Shown here: piece after piece, positions 53,750-62,307 of the stretch | Layout of the letters: the number at the start of each line of letters is the position of its first letter | How positions within the stretch are numbered: the stretch's first letter is position 1 | Origin: Candidatus Spechtbacterales bacterium | GTDB taxonomy: Bacteria > Patescibacteriota > Minisyncoccia > Spechtbacterales > 2-12-FULL-38-22 | NCBI GenBank assembly: GCA_040902285.1 | Contig: JBBDXP010000007.1 | Span: 1,042-65,041 of the forward strand | Direction: 5' to 3' | Length of the DNA: 64,000 nt | Position numbers and translations under genes: made by a program | Notes under the pieces: model-generated | Told to the model about the DNA's origin: nothing | The model's database searches: none | What the model saw: only the letters and a program-made list of their open reading frames with translations

Positions 53750-55915
53750 TCAAAATCCAAACATCCTAAAGTATAAATCCCAATCAGGATTATTGGCGAA
53801 TATTCCTTCATTATAAGGATCTTGGTCGCTATAAGCAACCCTAATAGAAGCAAATCCCTCGGGTCTTATGGAAAGTTTGTATTGCATATTCGGAGTAAGC
53901 TCGGTTAATTCGGGAAAAGCAAGGGTAACATCTTCAAAAACATCCACGGCAATTAAAGAAGAACGAAAAAAGCGCGATTGCAGTATGTTGTTATTTTCAT
54001 CCATTATGGCGACAGAGAAATTGCCGGTACTTAATGCTGTTCTTGATAATTTGAGTATTACTCTGTCAATAAAATGAATATCGTCAGGTAAAATAAATGT
54101 TTGTGTTCTGGAGCCCGTGAAATTGCTCACCGTTAAGTTTTGCATGTACTGTGTTTGACTGATAATTTCTTGCGGAAACGGGGGAGATGCGGGAGACGGC
54201 GAACTTGAATCTTTGGATATAAAATCAATGTAGCCCATATTATCTTCTCCGGAAATATTCGCCATTAGAAGTACTGTATCTAATGCTTCAAAGGGATCCA
54301 CAAGATTCGTGCTGTTGTACGCCGACCAAGGATTATCATCTAAGCGGAATCTGCATGCCTGTAAATCCTTATCCCATTCAATGGATATTCTATACCAATG
54401 GTCGCGGATTAATGTTTCGCCTCCGGGCATTTCTACATCGCCAACCGGATTTGCCCCTCTTGTGTTTCCTATGATTCTGTTGTTTCCACCGTCTAAAATA
54501 GCTTCGCAATAAGGACTTACGCCAAATTTACCAATATCTTGAGATAGACGAAATGTAAGACGTAAATCACCCAACATTTTAGCCCAGTACTCAATATGAC
54601 CCGATTCCACAGGAGATTCTAATCTTTTCGCGCTGGCCAAACTCCTTGGGACAAAAACACATTTATTGCCGTCTATGCACCCTGTGTCCACCACTTGCCA
54701 TTTAAGAGGACCCGGGCCGGAAGAGGATTCCCATCCTCCTTGGCCGTGAAGATCCCCCACAAGATAATCTTCAAATGAATCTTCAAAAATAGTTGGAGAA
54801 CAATTTAGAGCTTCTTGATGGCACACGGCGGAATGGGCATTTAGGCGCGGACCTATGGGTTGGTCTGTGCTTATTGGGTCCCCAGTTTCTATTAGGATTT
54901 GTTTAATTTCTGCTGGAGACAGGTCGGGGTTTATTGCCTTTAGCAGACCCGCCACTCCGGTGACGAAAGGAGCGGAGGCGGATGTGCCGGAGAAGCCACC
55001 AAAAGTTATCCCAAGCAATTCACTGGGTTTATCATAATCATTACCTGGCTTAGGGGCATATACGTGCTTCCCAGGAGCAGATATATTTACAGTAGCGCCA
55101 AAATTTGAAGAACCCAAAAGGCCTAAAAACCACTTAGCCCTTTCATCCTTTAAATCAGTAGCGCCAACGGTTATTAAATTATTTGCCTCAATTATTCTGC
55201 TGTCTGTATAAACGGCGCCTCCAGGTATATGATTTGACGCGTCAACTCCCTCGTTTCCCGCACTCATTACAAATAAAACTTGTGGAAAATTAGCAAAAAC
55301 TCCTTGAAAATAACTTTTACCCTCATTAAAATCCTCATCAGAAATACAATTTATAGGTTCTTTGATAAAAAGAATTTTAAATGAGCATTTGGTCAGTCCT
55401 CCGCTAATATTGACTATTTCCATACCCTGTTCAAGGCCTCTCTCCAATTCAAACATATAATCAAAATCACTGTTATCTATAGCATAGCGAGAAGTTATTT
55501 TATAATTATCGGTAGCACCAGGTATAATACCGTTCATCTCTCTATTATCTTTAATGTTGGGTGCATTATTATTTGCACCAATAATTCCAAGCACTTGAGT
55601 CCCGTGCCCGCCGGTTTTATGGTCAACAAAGCTATCGGTATCTATAACCACTCTATCAAACTCTAAGTGCGAACTTTCAAACCCTGTATCTAAAATGCCG
55701 ATGTTTACAGTTGTATTGCTCAATGACTCTCCGCTATCCAAAATCTCCTCCCAAGCATCTTGAACTTTAACTATATCATAAGCTCGTACAAGGAGAGGGT
55801 CTTGTTCTCTAAGATTTTCCAAATCAAATCTTATATCCTGCGCGTAAACTACGCTCGCAGTTAAAATAGCGAATGCAAAGACAATTATTAATAATGTGTA
55901 TTTTTTATTAAACAT
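53750..55915 (-). CDS. secreted subtilisin-like serine protease (S8) with C-terminal beta-rich domains
   Basis: It has a signal peptide. The catalytic triad motifs are GILDTG (Asp), HGTQVLGIIGA (His) and GTSASAPFVTGVAGLL (Ser). Confidence 0.85.
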   Translation of the reverse strand: MFNKKYTLLIIVFAFAILTASVVYAQDIRFDLENLREQDPLLVRAYDIVKVQDAWEEILDSGESLSNTTVNIGILDTGFESSHLEFDRVVIDTDSFVDHKTGGHGTQVLGIIGANNNAPNIKDNREMNGIIPGATDNYKITSRYAIDNSDFDYMFELERGLEQGMEIVNISGGLTKCSFKILFIKEPINCISDEDFNEGKSYFQGVFANFPQVLFVMSAGNEGVDASNHIPGGAVYTDSRIIEANNLITVGATDLKDERAKWFLGLLGSSNFGATVNISAPGKHVYAPKPGNDYDKPSELLGITFGGFSGTSASAPFVTGVAGLLKAINPDLSPAEIKQILIETGDPISTDQPIGPRLNAHSAVCHQEALNCSPTIFEDSFEDYLVGDLHGQGGWESSSGPGPLKWQVVDTGCIDGNKCVFVPRSLASAKRLESPVESGHIEYWAKMLGDLRLTFRLSQDIGKFGVSPYCEAILDGGNNRIIGNTRGANPVGDVEMPGGETLIRDHWYRISIEWDKDLQACRFRLDDNPWSAYNSTNLVDPFEALDTVLLMANISGEDNMGYIDFISKDSSSPSPASPPFPQEIISQTQYMQNLTVSNFTGSRTQTFILPDDIHFIDRVILKLSRTALSTGNFSVAIMDENNNILQSRFFRSSLIAVDVFEDVTLAFPELTELTPNMQYKLSIRPEGFASIRVAYSDQDPYNEGIFANNPDWDLYFRMFGF

Positions 55916-56282
55916 TATGCCTTGGTCTAACTTTAATAAATATTTTTTCTGTCAAATACCAAAATATATACATTAAACCTGTCCAAAAAATACCGTTTAG
56001 CAAATATAGTGCTATAGAAATATAATTAGGTCCTCGATAAGGGATACATAGTGGAACTGGAGAAAGATTATTTTTAATTCTTTCATCTTGATCTAAGTGT
56101 TTCCAGGTGCCTGTATAAGCTATAGGAAAACCAGATGGATCTCCACAATCAATATATTTACCTTCTCCTAAAACTAAACCGTCAAAAGGCACATAATGAG
56201 CCCAAGCTGATGTTATGAAAATTGCTACAATAAATAATAAAGCTATTTTTAAAATTTTGTTACGCATATTTTTATGATTCAT
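55908..56282 (-). CDS. small membrane protein, hypothetical
   Basis: It has N- and C-terminal TM helices and no recognisable family. Confidence 0.35.
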   Translation of the reverse strand: MNHKNMRNKILKIALLFIVAIFITSAWAHYVPFDGLVLGEGKYIDCGDPSGFPIAYTGTWKHLDQDERIKNNLSPVPLCIPYRGPNYISIALYLLNGIFWTGLMYIFWYLTEKIFIKVRPRHNV

Positions 56283-56287
56283 TAATT

Positions 56288-57418
56288 TTAAAATAATCCC
56301 ATCATATAATCTTTTGTAATACTTTCTATTCTTGAATCATTCAGGTCTTCAAGTTTTTCTATAGCTTCTTCTAATTCTTCTATCGTTTCTGTGGTTATCT
56401 CTACCTTATACCTATTTATGGTTACAATATGGCCTATTATGGTACCGTCTATAACTTCGACCAATTCAATAGCATCCTGAGGTGTAGAGGTCTCAGAAAG
56501 CGCAAAAGTTATCTCATTTACTAAAAAACGCGCTCCATCATCTCCCTGAACTACCTTGGTTAAATCACTTTCTTTAACAAAACTAAACTCCCTACTCAGC
56601 ACACTCCCCTCTCCAACATTAATATCGCCGGCGAGTATCTGGCCGCGGAATACGGTTTTGTTTCCGATTTGTACTCTTGAGTCGGGAGCGAGTATTTTTG
56701 CGGTAATAAAAGAGTTTTCTCCGATATTTGTGGGGGATTTTCCAATGTAGTTTATTTGAAATTCTGTTGTTGAGTTTGAGTTGGGATTGCTTGAGGCGAT
56801 TAAGGTGTTGTTTTGGATTTGGAGCTGGTTTTTTATGTTTATCGTAGTTTCTCCGGAGTATATGAGTTTTGAGTTGTTTCTTAGAGTTAACCTATTTATA
56901 TTGTATATTCCCGGATTTAGCGTAAGAATTGCGTTTTCTTTTACTTCAATTTCATTGTAGTTTCCGGGGTTCAGGGTTGTATCCTCCTGTATTATGTAGT
57001 TTATACTTCCTGTTTGAAAATCCGGTATTTGGGGCAATTCCACTACGTTTCTACTAATGTTTTTTGTTTCTTCTCCAAATACCTCTGCTGTTTCGGATTT
57101 TATAAGTTTGTTGAAAGTTGCGCTCCCGTTTATTAAGACGCCGTTTGCAAGTTGTATTCTGTCGGAAAACAGATTTCCGTTCACAATTGCATCTTCCGAT
57201 ATGCGTATGTCTTTGTTTGAAGCGATATCTCCGCTTGATATTTGGGTATCTGTTGCCAAATGTATGCTGTTTTGGGCCACTAAAACAAACGGCCCGGTAT
57301 CTGTTATTGCGGGACCGTTGTTCCCCAGTGTTATTACAGCAAAAGAAAAAAGAGTCGCCACAAAAAGCGGTCCCGCAAGTGTCAGCTTTTTCCTGTGGGT
57401 TTTCAAAAACTGCTCCAT
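56288..57418 (-). CDS. membrane-anchored beta-helix repeat protein (bactofilin-like/polymer-forming fold?)
   Basis: An N-terminal TM helix is followed by degenerate beta-helical repeats rich in Asn/Gly/Ile (SGDIASNKDIRISEDAIVNGNLFSDRIQLANGVLINGSATF). Confidence 0.4.
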   Translation of the reverse strand: MEQFLKTHRKKLTLAGPLFVATLFSFAVITLGNNGPAITDTGPFVLVAQNSIHLATDTQISSGDIASNKDIRISEDAIVNGNLFSDRIQLANGVLINGSATFNKLIKSETAEVFGEETKNISRNVVELPQIPDFQTGSINYIIQEDTTLNPGNYNEIEVKENAILTLNPGIYNINRLTLRNNSKLIYSGETTINIKNQLQIQNNTLIASSNPNSNSTTEFQINYIGKSPTNIGENSFITAKILAPDSRVQIGNKTVFRGQILAGDINVGEGSVLSREFSFVKESDLTKVVQGDDGARFLVNEITFALSETSTPQDAIELVEVIDGTIIGHIVTINRYKVEITTETIEELEEAIEKLEDLNDSRIESITKDYMMGLF

Positions 57419-57505
57419 GTTTTCATTTTAACCTTGATTTTAGATATACAGTAAGACAGCCTATCCACAATATTTAGCGGAGATAGTTTTAATTCGCAGC
57501 AAAGG

Positions 57506-58429
57506 TTACTTATTTTTATTAAGCCACAAATATATGTCTTCAAGAGCTTTTACACCGTCGCCCATGGAAATATTATTCTGTTTATAAGGCACATCTGACA
57601 CATCTCCCGCCGCCCATATTCCCTCCTTAGAAGTTCGGGCATATTTGTGGTCTATAACAATTTCTCCATAATTATTTACATCCACCAAATCTTTGGCAAA
57701 ACCGCTGTTTGGTATGGAACCTATTTCAACAAACACTCCCTGTAATTCCAATTCATGTCCTTTTCCTTCCTTGTCCCTGTAAATAAGCCCGCTTACAAAC
57801 TTGTCTCCTTTTATTTCTGTAACCTCAACATTTTTAACGGCCTTAAATTTGTCGCTCTTTGAAACATTTTCTACCGTTATAGGATCTGCTTTAAATTTAT
57901 CGCCCGCCTCCAGCAGTGTGACTTCCGTCGCATAATCCAAAAGCTGCTGAGCCGCCTCAAAGCCGGCGTTCCCCCCGCCTATCACAGCCACTTTCATATC
58001 TTTGAAAAGAGGTGCGTCGCAGGACGCGCAATAAGATATGCCTTTGTTGTCCAAACGTTCCGCCCCTTCAACTTTCAATTTTCTCCTGCTGCTTCCGGAA
58101 CCAACCATAACAGCTCTTGCCTGATACTTATTCCCTTTATTGCTTTCGGCTTCAAAACCTCCTTCTATTTGTTTTAAAGAAGTTATTTTTTCTCCTTCAA
58201 CAATATTTAAAACATCACTCGCATACGCCTGCAAATGTTCTTTGAAACGTTTTGTTAATTCTGTTCCCGGTAGCGATGTTATGCCTATAAAGTTCTGCAC
58301 ATCGGGAGATACCACCGATTGTCCGCCAAAATCGTATGTAACCAAAGCGCTTTTTATTTTTTTTCTGGCCGCGTATACTCCGGCCGCCACACCAGCGGGC
58401 CCGCCTCCTATAATTAGCAAATCATGCAT
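57506..58429 (-). CDS. trxB: thioredoxin-disulfide reductase
   Basis: LIIGGGPAGVAAGVYAARK is the FAD GxGxxG motif. The CASCDAP redox-active CxxC is present. A second NAD(P) GGGNAG motif is present. Confidence 0.85.
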   Translation of the reverse strand: MHDLLIIGGGPAGVAAGVYAARKKIKSALVTYDFGGQSVVSPDVQNFIGITSLPGTELTKRFKEHLQAYASDVLNIVEGEKITSLKQIEGGFEAESNKGNKYQARAVMVGSGSSRRKLKVEGAERLDNKGISYCASCDAPLFKDMKVAVIGGGNAGFEAAQQLLDYATEVTLLEAGDKFKADPITVENVSKSDKFKAVKNVEVTEIKGDKFVSGLIYRDKEGKGHELELQGVFVEIGSIPNSGFAKDLVDVNNYGEIVIDHKYARTSKEGIWAAGDVSDVPYKQNNISMGDGVKALEDIYLWLNKNK

Positions 58430-58432
58430 AAT

Positions 58433-59473
58433 TTATATTTTTTTATTATTATCTTTTTTCCCGTTAATTTGGTTTACATTCATCATATACAACGCTCCCG
58501 ATGCCATCAAGCCAATGCCTTGGCGCAAAAGAATAATTACCCCCAAAGAAACAACAATTATATCGAAGGTTCTTATAATCAAACTTAAGGCAAGCCCCTG
58601 CTGGCCGCCCCATCCAAGAGCCGAAAACATAACACTTTGCACTCCTTCCTGTATGCCGAGGGCTCCGGGAACGGGCGTTATAAATCCCACGTACAGAGCC
58701 CCAAGCGACATGAGAGAAGCGGTTAACTGTATTCCTCTGCCAAGCAAATATATAAGCAATATGTGTCTTAGCAAAAACACGGCTTGTGTCAGCATGCTTG
58801 AAGCAAAGCTTTGCCACATAAACTTGGAACGAAAAGTAAAAAATTCTATAACATCATCCTCTGTTTTTTGTATAAAATATCCAAGCTTGGTTTTGTGTAA
58901 AAACAAGGCCTGCAAAGTATGTGTCATAAATTTCTTATTCTGAAAAACAAGCGCGTAAAAAAGAGCGAAAATTAAAAAGACAACGCCTATCACAGAAACG
59001 CTCCATATAACGGAACGGGTCAAATCCGACGGGCCTATATGATAGACAAAAACAGCGGCACCTATGACTACCATGAACAAAAAAGAAGTAAGGTCGATTA
59101 TTTTATCTATAACTATAAATGAAGCTATTTTGTCTTTGGGAACGCCAAATTTGCGGCCAAGCAAATACGCCTTAACCCCTTCGCCCCCCAAATAGGCCAT
59201 TGGGGTCATATAACTAAAAGCGTTTCCCGCCAGCCATATTCCGAAAAGCCGCCAGAAAGAAAAATTTATTCCTTGCGCGCGCAAAATTATCTGCCCGCGC
59301 AAGTTGGTTGCGAGCACTCCGGCAAAAGTAAGAAAAAACAAACCCAAAAACCCCGGCGGACTGATGCTGAAAACAGAAGACAGCACTTGGTTAAAATCTA
59401 TTTTTACCGCAAGAACAACCGTAAGCACGGCCCCCGTTATAAATAGAACTGTTCCTATGGTAAATTTTCCCAT
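58433..59473 (-). CDS. flippase-like/UPF0104 (lysylphosphatidylglycerol-synthase TM-domain) family membrane protein
   Basis: A 346-aa polytopic membrane protein with UPF0104-like topology. Confidence 0.45.
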   Translation of the reverse strand: MGKFTIGTVLFITGAVLTVVLAVKIDFNQVLSSVFSISPPGFLGLFFLTFAGVLATNLRGQIILRAQGINFSFWRLFGIWLAGNAFSYMTPMAYLGGEGVKAYLLGRKFGVPKDKIASFIVIDKIIDLTSFLFMVVIGAAVFVYHIGPSDLTRSVIWSVSVIGVVFLIFALFYALVFQNKKFMTHTLQALFLHKTKLGYFIQKTEDDVIEFFTFRSKFMWQSFASSMLTQAVFLLRHILLIYLLGRGIQLTASLMSLGALYVGFITPVPGALGIQEGVQSVMFSALGWGGQQGLALSLIIRTFDIIVVSLGVIILLRQGIGLMASGALYMMNVNQINGKKDNNKKI

Positions 59474-59474
59474 A

Positions 59475-60911
59475 CTATTTCCTTATATAACTATACCCCG
59501 CCCCCAGCAATATCCAGAACATAAGCCCGCCCTGCTGTATGGTCAGGTAAAAATGGTCAAAAAGCCCTCCAGTGATAATAAACACTGTTGCCGAAATGTA
59601 AAATAATCCCAATATGTCTTTTTGTGCCGAATATTTTTTTAAAAAATATCCAAACATTACCGTTATAAATAAAATAAAAACGATGAGCGCGAGTACTCCC
59701 GATTCGGCCGCCAAAAGCAAAAATATATTGTGTACCGGCTGATACAGGCGGTCGTGCAGACCTGAAAAAACATCGCGCAAATAAAGCGTGTAATTTCCCG
59801 CGCCAACGCCGAAAAAGTTCTGAGATATAACCTGCAGGGAAAGGTTATTAAAAAATAATCTTTCCCTGATGGCCAGGTCGCCACGGGCAAAAGCGGTCAA
59901 AACTCTGCTGTAAACTTCGGGCCAGAAAATTAAGGTGAACAAAAACGCCGCCGAAAACATTGGCGCCAGGGCAAAAAACATTTTTTTCTTTAAATGCCCA
60001 AATTGTCTTGAAAACAAGATCGCAAAAATATAAAAAATTACAACCAGTAAAAATGCAAAAATAACGGCTCTGGAAAAAGTAAGTATCAGTCCTATTCCGA
60101 TTATCACCGTTCCCGTCCATGTAAAAAACAGTTGTTTGCGCACTGGTCCTTTTTTCCAAAAAAACCATGTGAGCAAGAAAAGAAACGAAATCCCCAAAAA
60201 TGCCGCAAGAACATTGGGACTGCTAAATGTTCCATATGCACGCATAAAGCGGGCGCCAAAAGCGACAAATTCGGCAACTTCCTGCCGGCCGGCTACAAGG
60301 TGTGGCTCGCCTAAAAGATAAAAACCCAGAGATTTTTGGAATGCAAACTGGCCAATAGCTAAAATCCCCTGAAAAATTCCGGATAAAGAAAACGCAAGCG
60401 CAATTTTTAAAAACGACACGCGTTTTAGGATATCTGCGGTATAAAAGAACAAAAAAATAAATTCTATAAGTTTTATAAATCGATAAACCGCAACGCCTTT
60501 GTACCCTGCAAATAGTATGGAAATACCAACAAGAATTACAAAAAGAACTAACCAAAATATGGGCCTTTTAAAAATCCTAAATCCAAAATCTGGGTGCCGA
60601 GGATAGTGAGCGAAAAGAAAATTCATTTTCTTTTCCGAGCGACGCAGGCATAAACGCAAGTGCTCAATCCGAAACAAATTCCAATGACCAAGATTAAAAA
60701 TTCCAGTTTTTTTTCTTGTAAACAAGGGCTTTAGTCGTCTGGATATCCAAAAACAAAAAAGCAGCGCAATCAGTATATCCGTTCCATACAAAAAAACGCT
60801 CTGCCACTCGTTAAACCCCTCAACCGCTCCCGCGCCCCACAAAAAAACCCTCGTTTGAAAAGGGATTGAAAAAACAAGCAATAAAAATACAAGTTTTTCT
60901 AATTTCAACAT
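59475..60911 (-). CDS. O-antigen ligase/polymerase-like (Wzy_C) polytopic membrane protein
   Basis: A 478-aa protein with more than 10 TM helices and a large periplasmic loop. Its N-terminal region contains the AAAAGAAAA hairpin repeat (locus 2) in frame. The alternative start MNF at 60626 sits exactly in the hairpin loop. Confidence 0.45.
   Translation of the reverse strand: MLKLEKLVFLLLVFSIPFQTRVFLWGAGAVEGFNEWQSVFLYGTDILIALLFCFWISRRLKPLFTRKKTGIFNLGHWNLFRIEHLRLCLRRSEKKMNFLFAHYPRHPDFGFRIFKRPIFWLVLFVILVGISILFAGYKGVAVYRFIKLIEFIFLFFYTADILKRVSFLKIALAFSLSGIFQGILAIGQFAFQKSLGFYLLGEPHLVAGRQEVAEFVAFGARFMRAYGTFSSPNVLAAFLGISFLFLLTWFFWKKGPVRKQLFFTWTGTVIIGIGLILTFSRAVIFAFLLVVIFYIFAILFSRQFGHLKKKMFFALAPMFSAAFLFTLIFWPEVYSRVLTAFARGDLAIRERLFFNNLSLQVISQNFFGVGAGNYTLYLRDVFSGLHDRLYQPVHNIFLLLAAESGVLALIVFILFITVMFGYFLKKYSAQKDILGLFYISATVFIITGGLFDHFYLTIQQGGLMFWILLGAGYSYIRK
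60591..60650. repeat. AAAAGAAAA hairpin element, locus 2
   Basis: CCGAGGATAGTGAGCGAAAAGAAAA-TTC-ATTTTCTTTTCCGAGCGACGCAGGC is near-identical to locus 1 apart from the loop length. Confidence 0.45.
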
Positions 60912-60956
60912 CTTATACTGATTTTAACATGTGCGAATGCACATACAAAAGAAAAA

Positions 60957-60990
60957 GCCGAGCCCCGCTTAAAGCGGAACCCGGCTTTGG
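60957..60990 (-). terminator. GC-rich hairpin terminator of GC island c
   Basis: AAAGCCGAGCCCCGC-TTTAA-GCGGAACCCGGCTTT is an imperfect hairpin. On the minus strand it is followed by TTTTTCTTTTGT. Confidence 0.4.
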
Positions 60991-60998
60991 TGACAAGA

Positions 60999-61412
60999 TC
61001 ACGCACGGTAGTGCATGATCTTGTCGAGCGAGTTGAACTTCTGGTCTGACCAGTAGAACATCAGCGTCCACCGGCCGTTCGTCCAGGCCAGATACGGAAC
61101 TCGAAGCGAACCGGTCCGGTCGCGCCACAGAGTGGCGGGAAAGACCAGGTTGAACCTCTGCCGGTGTTCCGGGATCAGGTCCTGGTGATCCACAAACCAT
61201 TCGGCCGTCATCATGCCGACGTTGGCGCCGAACCATATGGCTCTCTTGCGTAGCTCCTCCAGCCAGACGTATTGCTCGTCGGGAAGAAGGAAGCCGATGG
61301 GGGTGTAGTCACCAAAGCGGTGATCCGGACCTTCCTGAACAAGTTCCCAGCCCTTTTCGATGTAGATTTCGTCCGGGGCCAGGTCCTTATGTTCCGACAC
61401 TATGCGTGCCAT
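60999..61412 (-). CDS. hypothetical protein on GC-rich island c (138 aa from MARIVSEHK)
   Basis: GC is strongly elevated. An AGGAAGGAG RBS lies 7 nt upstream of the ATG at 61412. No known motif; the protein is Trp-rich (WELVQEGPDHRFGDY...WTNGRWTLMFYW). Confidence 0.45.
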   Translation of the reverse strand: MARIVSEHKDLAPDEIYIEKGWELVQEGPDHRFGDYTPIGFLLPDEQYVWLEELRKRAIWFGANVGMMTAEWFVDHQDLIPEHRQRFNLVFPATLWRDRTGSLRVPYLAWTNGRWTLMFYWSDQKFNSLDKIMHYRA

Positions 61413-61480
61413 GGCAAACTCCTTCCTCAGAAATTGCAAAGTGCAATGCAGATTCTTTGTCTGCAATGTCTATATTATAT
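61413..61480 (-). promoter_or_regulatory. promoter (-10 TATAAT) plus two palindromic operator-like sites in the 5' UTR of the island c gene
   Basis: Minus-strand sequence is TTTATGATATAATATAGACATTGCAGACAAAGAATCTGCATTGCACTTTGCAATTTCTGAGGAAGGAG. The palindromes are TGCAGA-N7-TCTGCA and ATTGCA-N3-TGCAAT. Confidence 0.35.
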
Positions 61481-61525
61481 CATAAATAAAAATAAAAAAC
61501 AAGGTTTTAGCTTGCTTTTTGGGGA

Positions 61526-61669
61526 GATACGCGCAGTATTGTTTTTAACGACCGCGGTTCTGTTTTTCCTGCGAAAACAGACCGCTCCCTCTCGGCATTT
61601 TCGCCTCGCTACACTCGGACCAAGCCGAAAATGCCTCCGAGAATCGTTAAAAACAATACCGCGCGTATC
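61526..61669. repeat. 144-nt highly structured imperfect inverted repeat (candidate ncRNA or MITE-like element) directly downstream of the zinc-ribbon gene
   Basis: GATACGCGCAGTATTGTTTTTAACGA ... TCGTTAAAAACAATACCGCGCGTATC is a 26-bp stem with one mismatch. Inner arms are CTCGGCATTTTCG/CGAAAATGCCTCCGAG. A nested hairpin CTGTTTT-TCCTGCG-AAAACAG is also present. Confidence 0.45.
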
Positions 61670-61675
61670 CCTTTA

Positions 61676-62188
61676 CTACTTGGGCCACCAAACACGCACC
61701 CGTGCCGTATCCTCCCCTTTCGAAAATTGTATATCCACCTCAGCACCCTTGTGTGCTTTTTCTATTTCTTTACCAATGGCCATTGCAAGCTGGTTCTCCG
61801 ATGTTTTTATTTCAATTTTGTCGCCCAAATAATGAAAATCCAATATCCTGTCCAAAACATCTCTTTGGTGGGCGCGCTCGGCTATGTTGTTGACTTGATT
61901 CAGCACCTCTTTGCCAAGTCCCACTGGTATGTTTTCGATTATTACTTGCCCCTCAAATAATCCTTTCTTTTTCATATCATCCGCCGGACAAAGAACAAAT
62001 TTTATTCGCTTATCCGGATTTGCGCGCCGATATTCTTCCAAACCGTGGTGCCAGCTTTTTTCAAAATACACGGCGTTGCACTCCGGACATATTAAAATAT
62101 CCTGTTTGCCCGGGCCGAATTCCTGCTCTTCCTTTTTGGGGCGAGGAAATTCTCCGTGAAACGGTTGTGATGGTATTTTGTCTGTCAT
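61676..62188 (-). CDS. hypothetical protein with an N-terminal CxxC...C zinc-ribbon-like motif
   Basis: ICPECNAVYFEKSWHH...FVLCPADD. 170 aa with no confident family. Confidence 0.4.
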   Translation of the reverse strand: MTDKIPSQPFHGEFPRPKKEEQEFGPGKQDILICPECNAVYFEKSWHHGLEEYRRANPDKRIKFVLCPADDMKKKGLFEGQVIIENIPVGLGKEVLNQVNNIAERAHQRDVLDRILDFHYLGDKIEIKTSENQLAMAIGKEIEKAHKGAEVDIQFSKGEDTARVRVWWPK

Positions 62189-62307
62189 TTTAAATTTTAG
62201 AACTTGGGAATTTTCTTTTCAAAACCTTGGGGTGGTTGGGCGGGGTACATAACTTGCGGGCCGCAATTCGTTTTAGGTTTTTAAAAGAAAGATTCCTAAG
62301 GTCTGTA

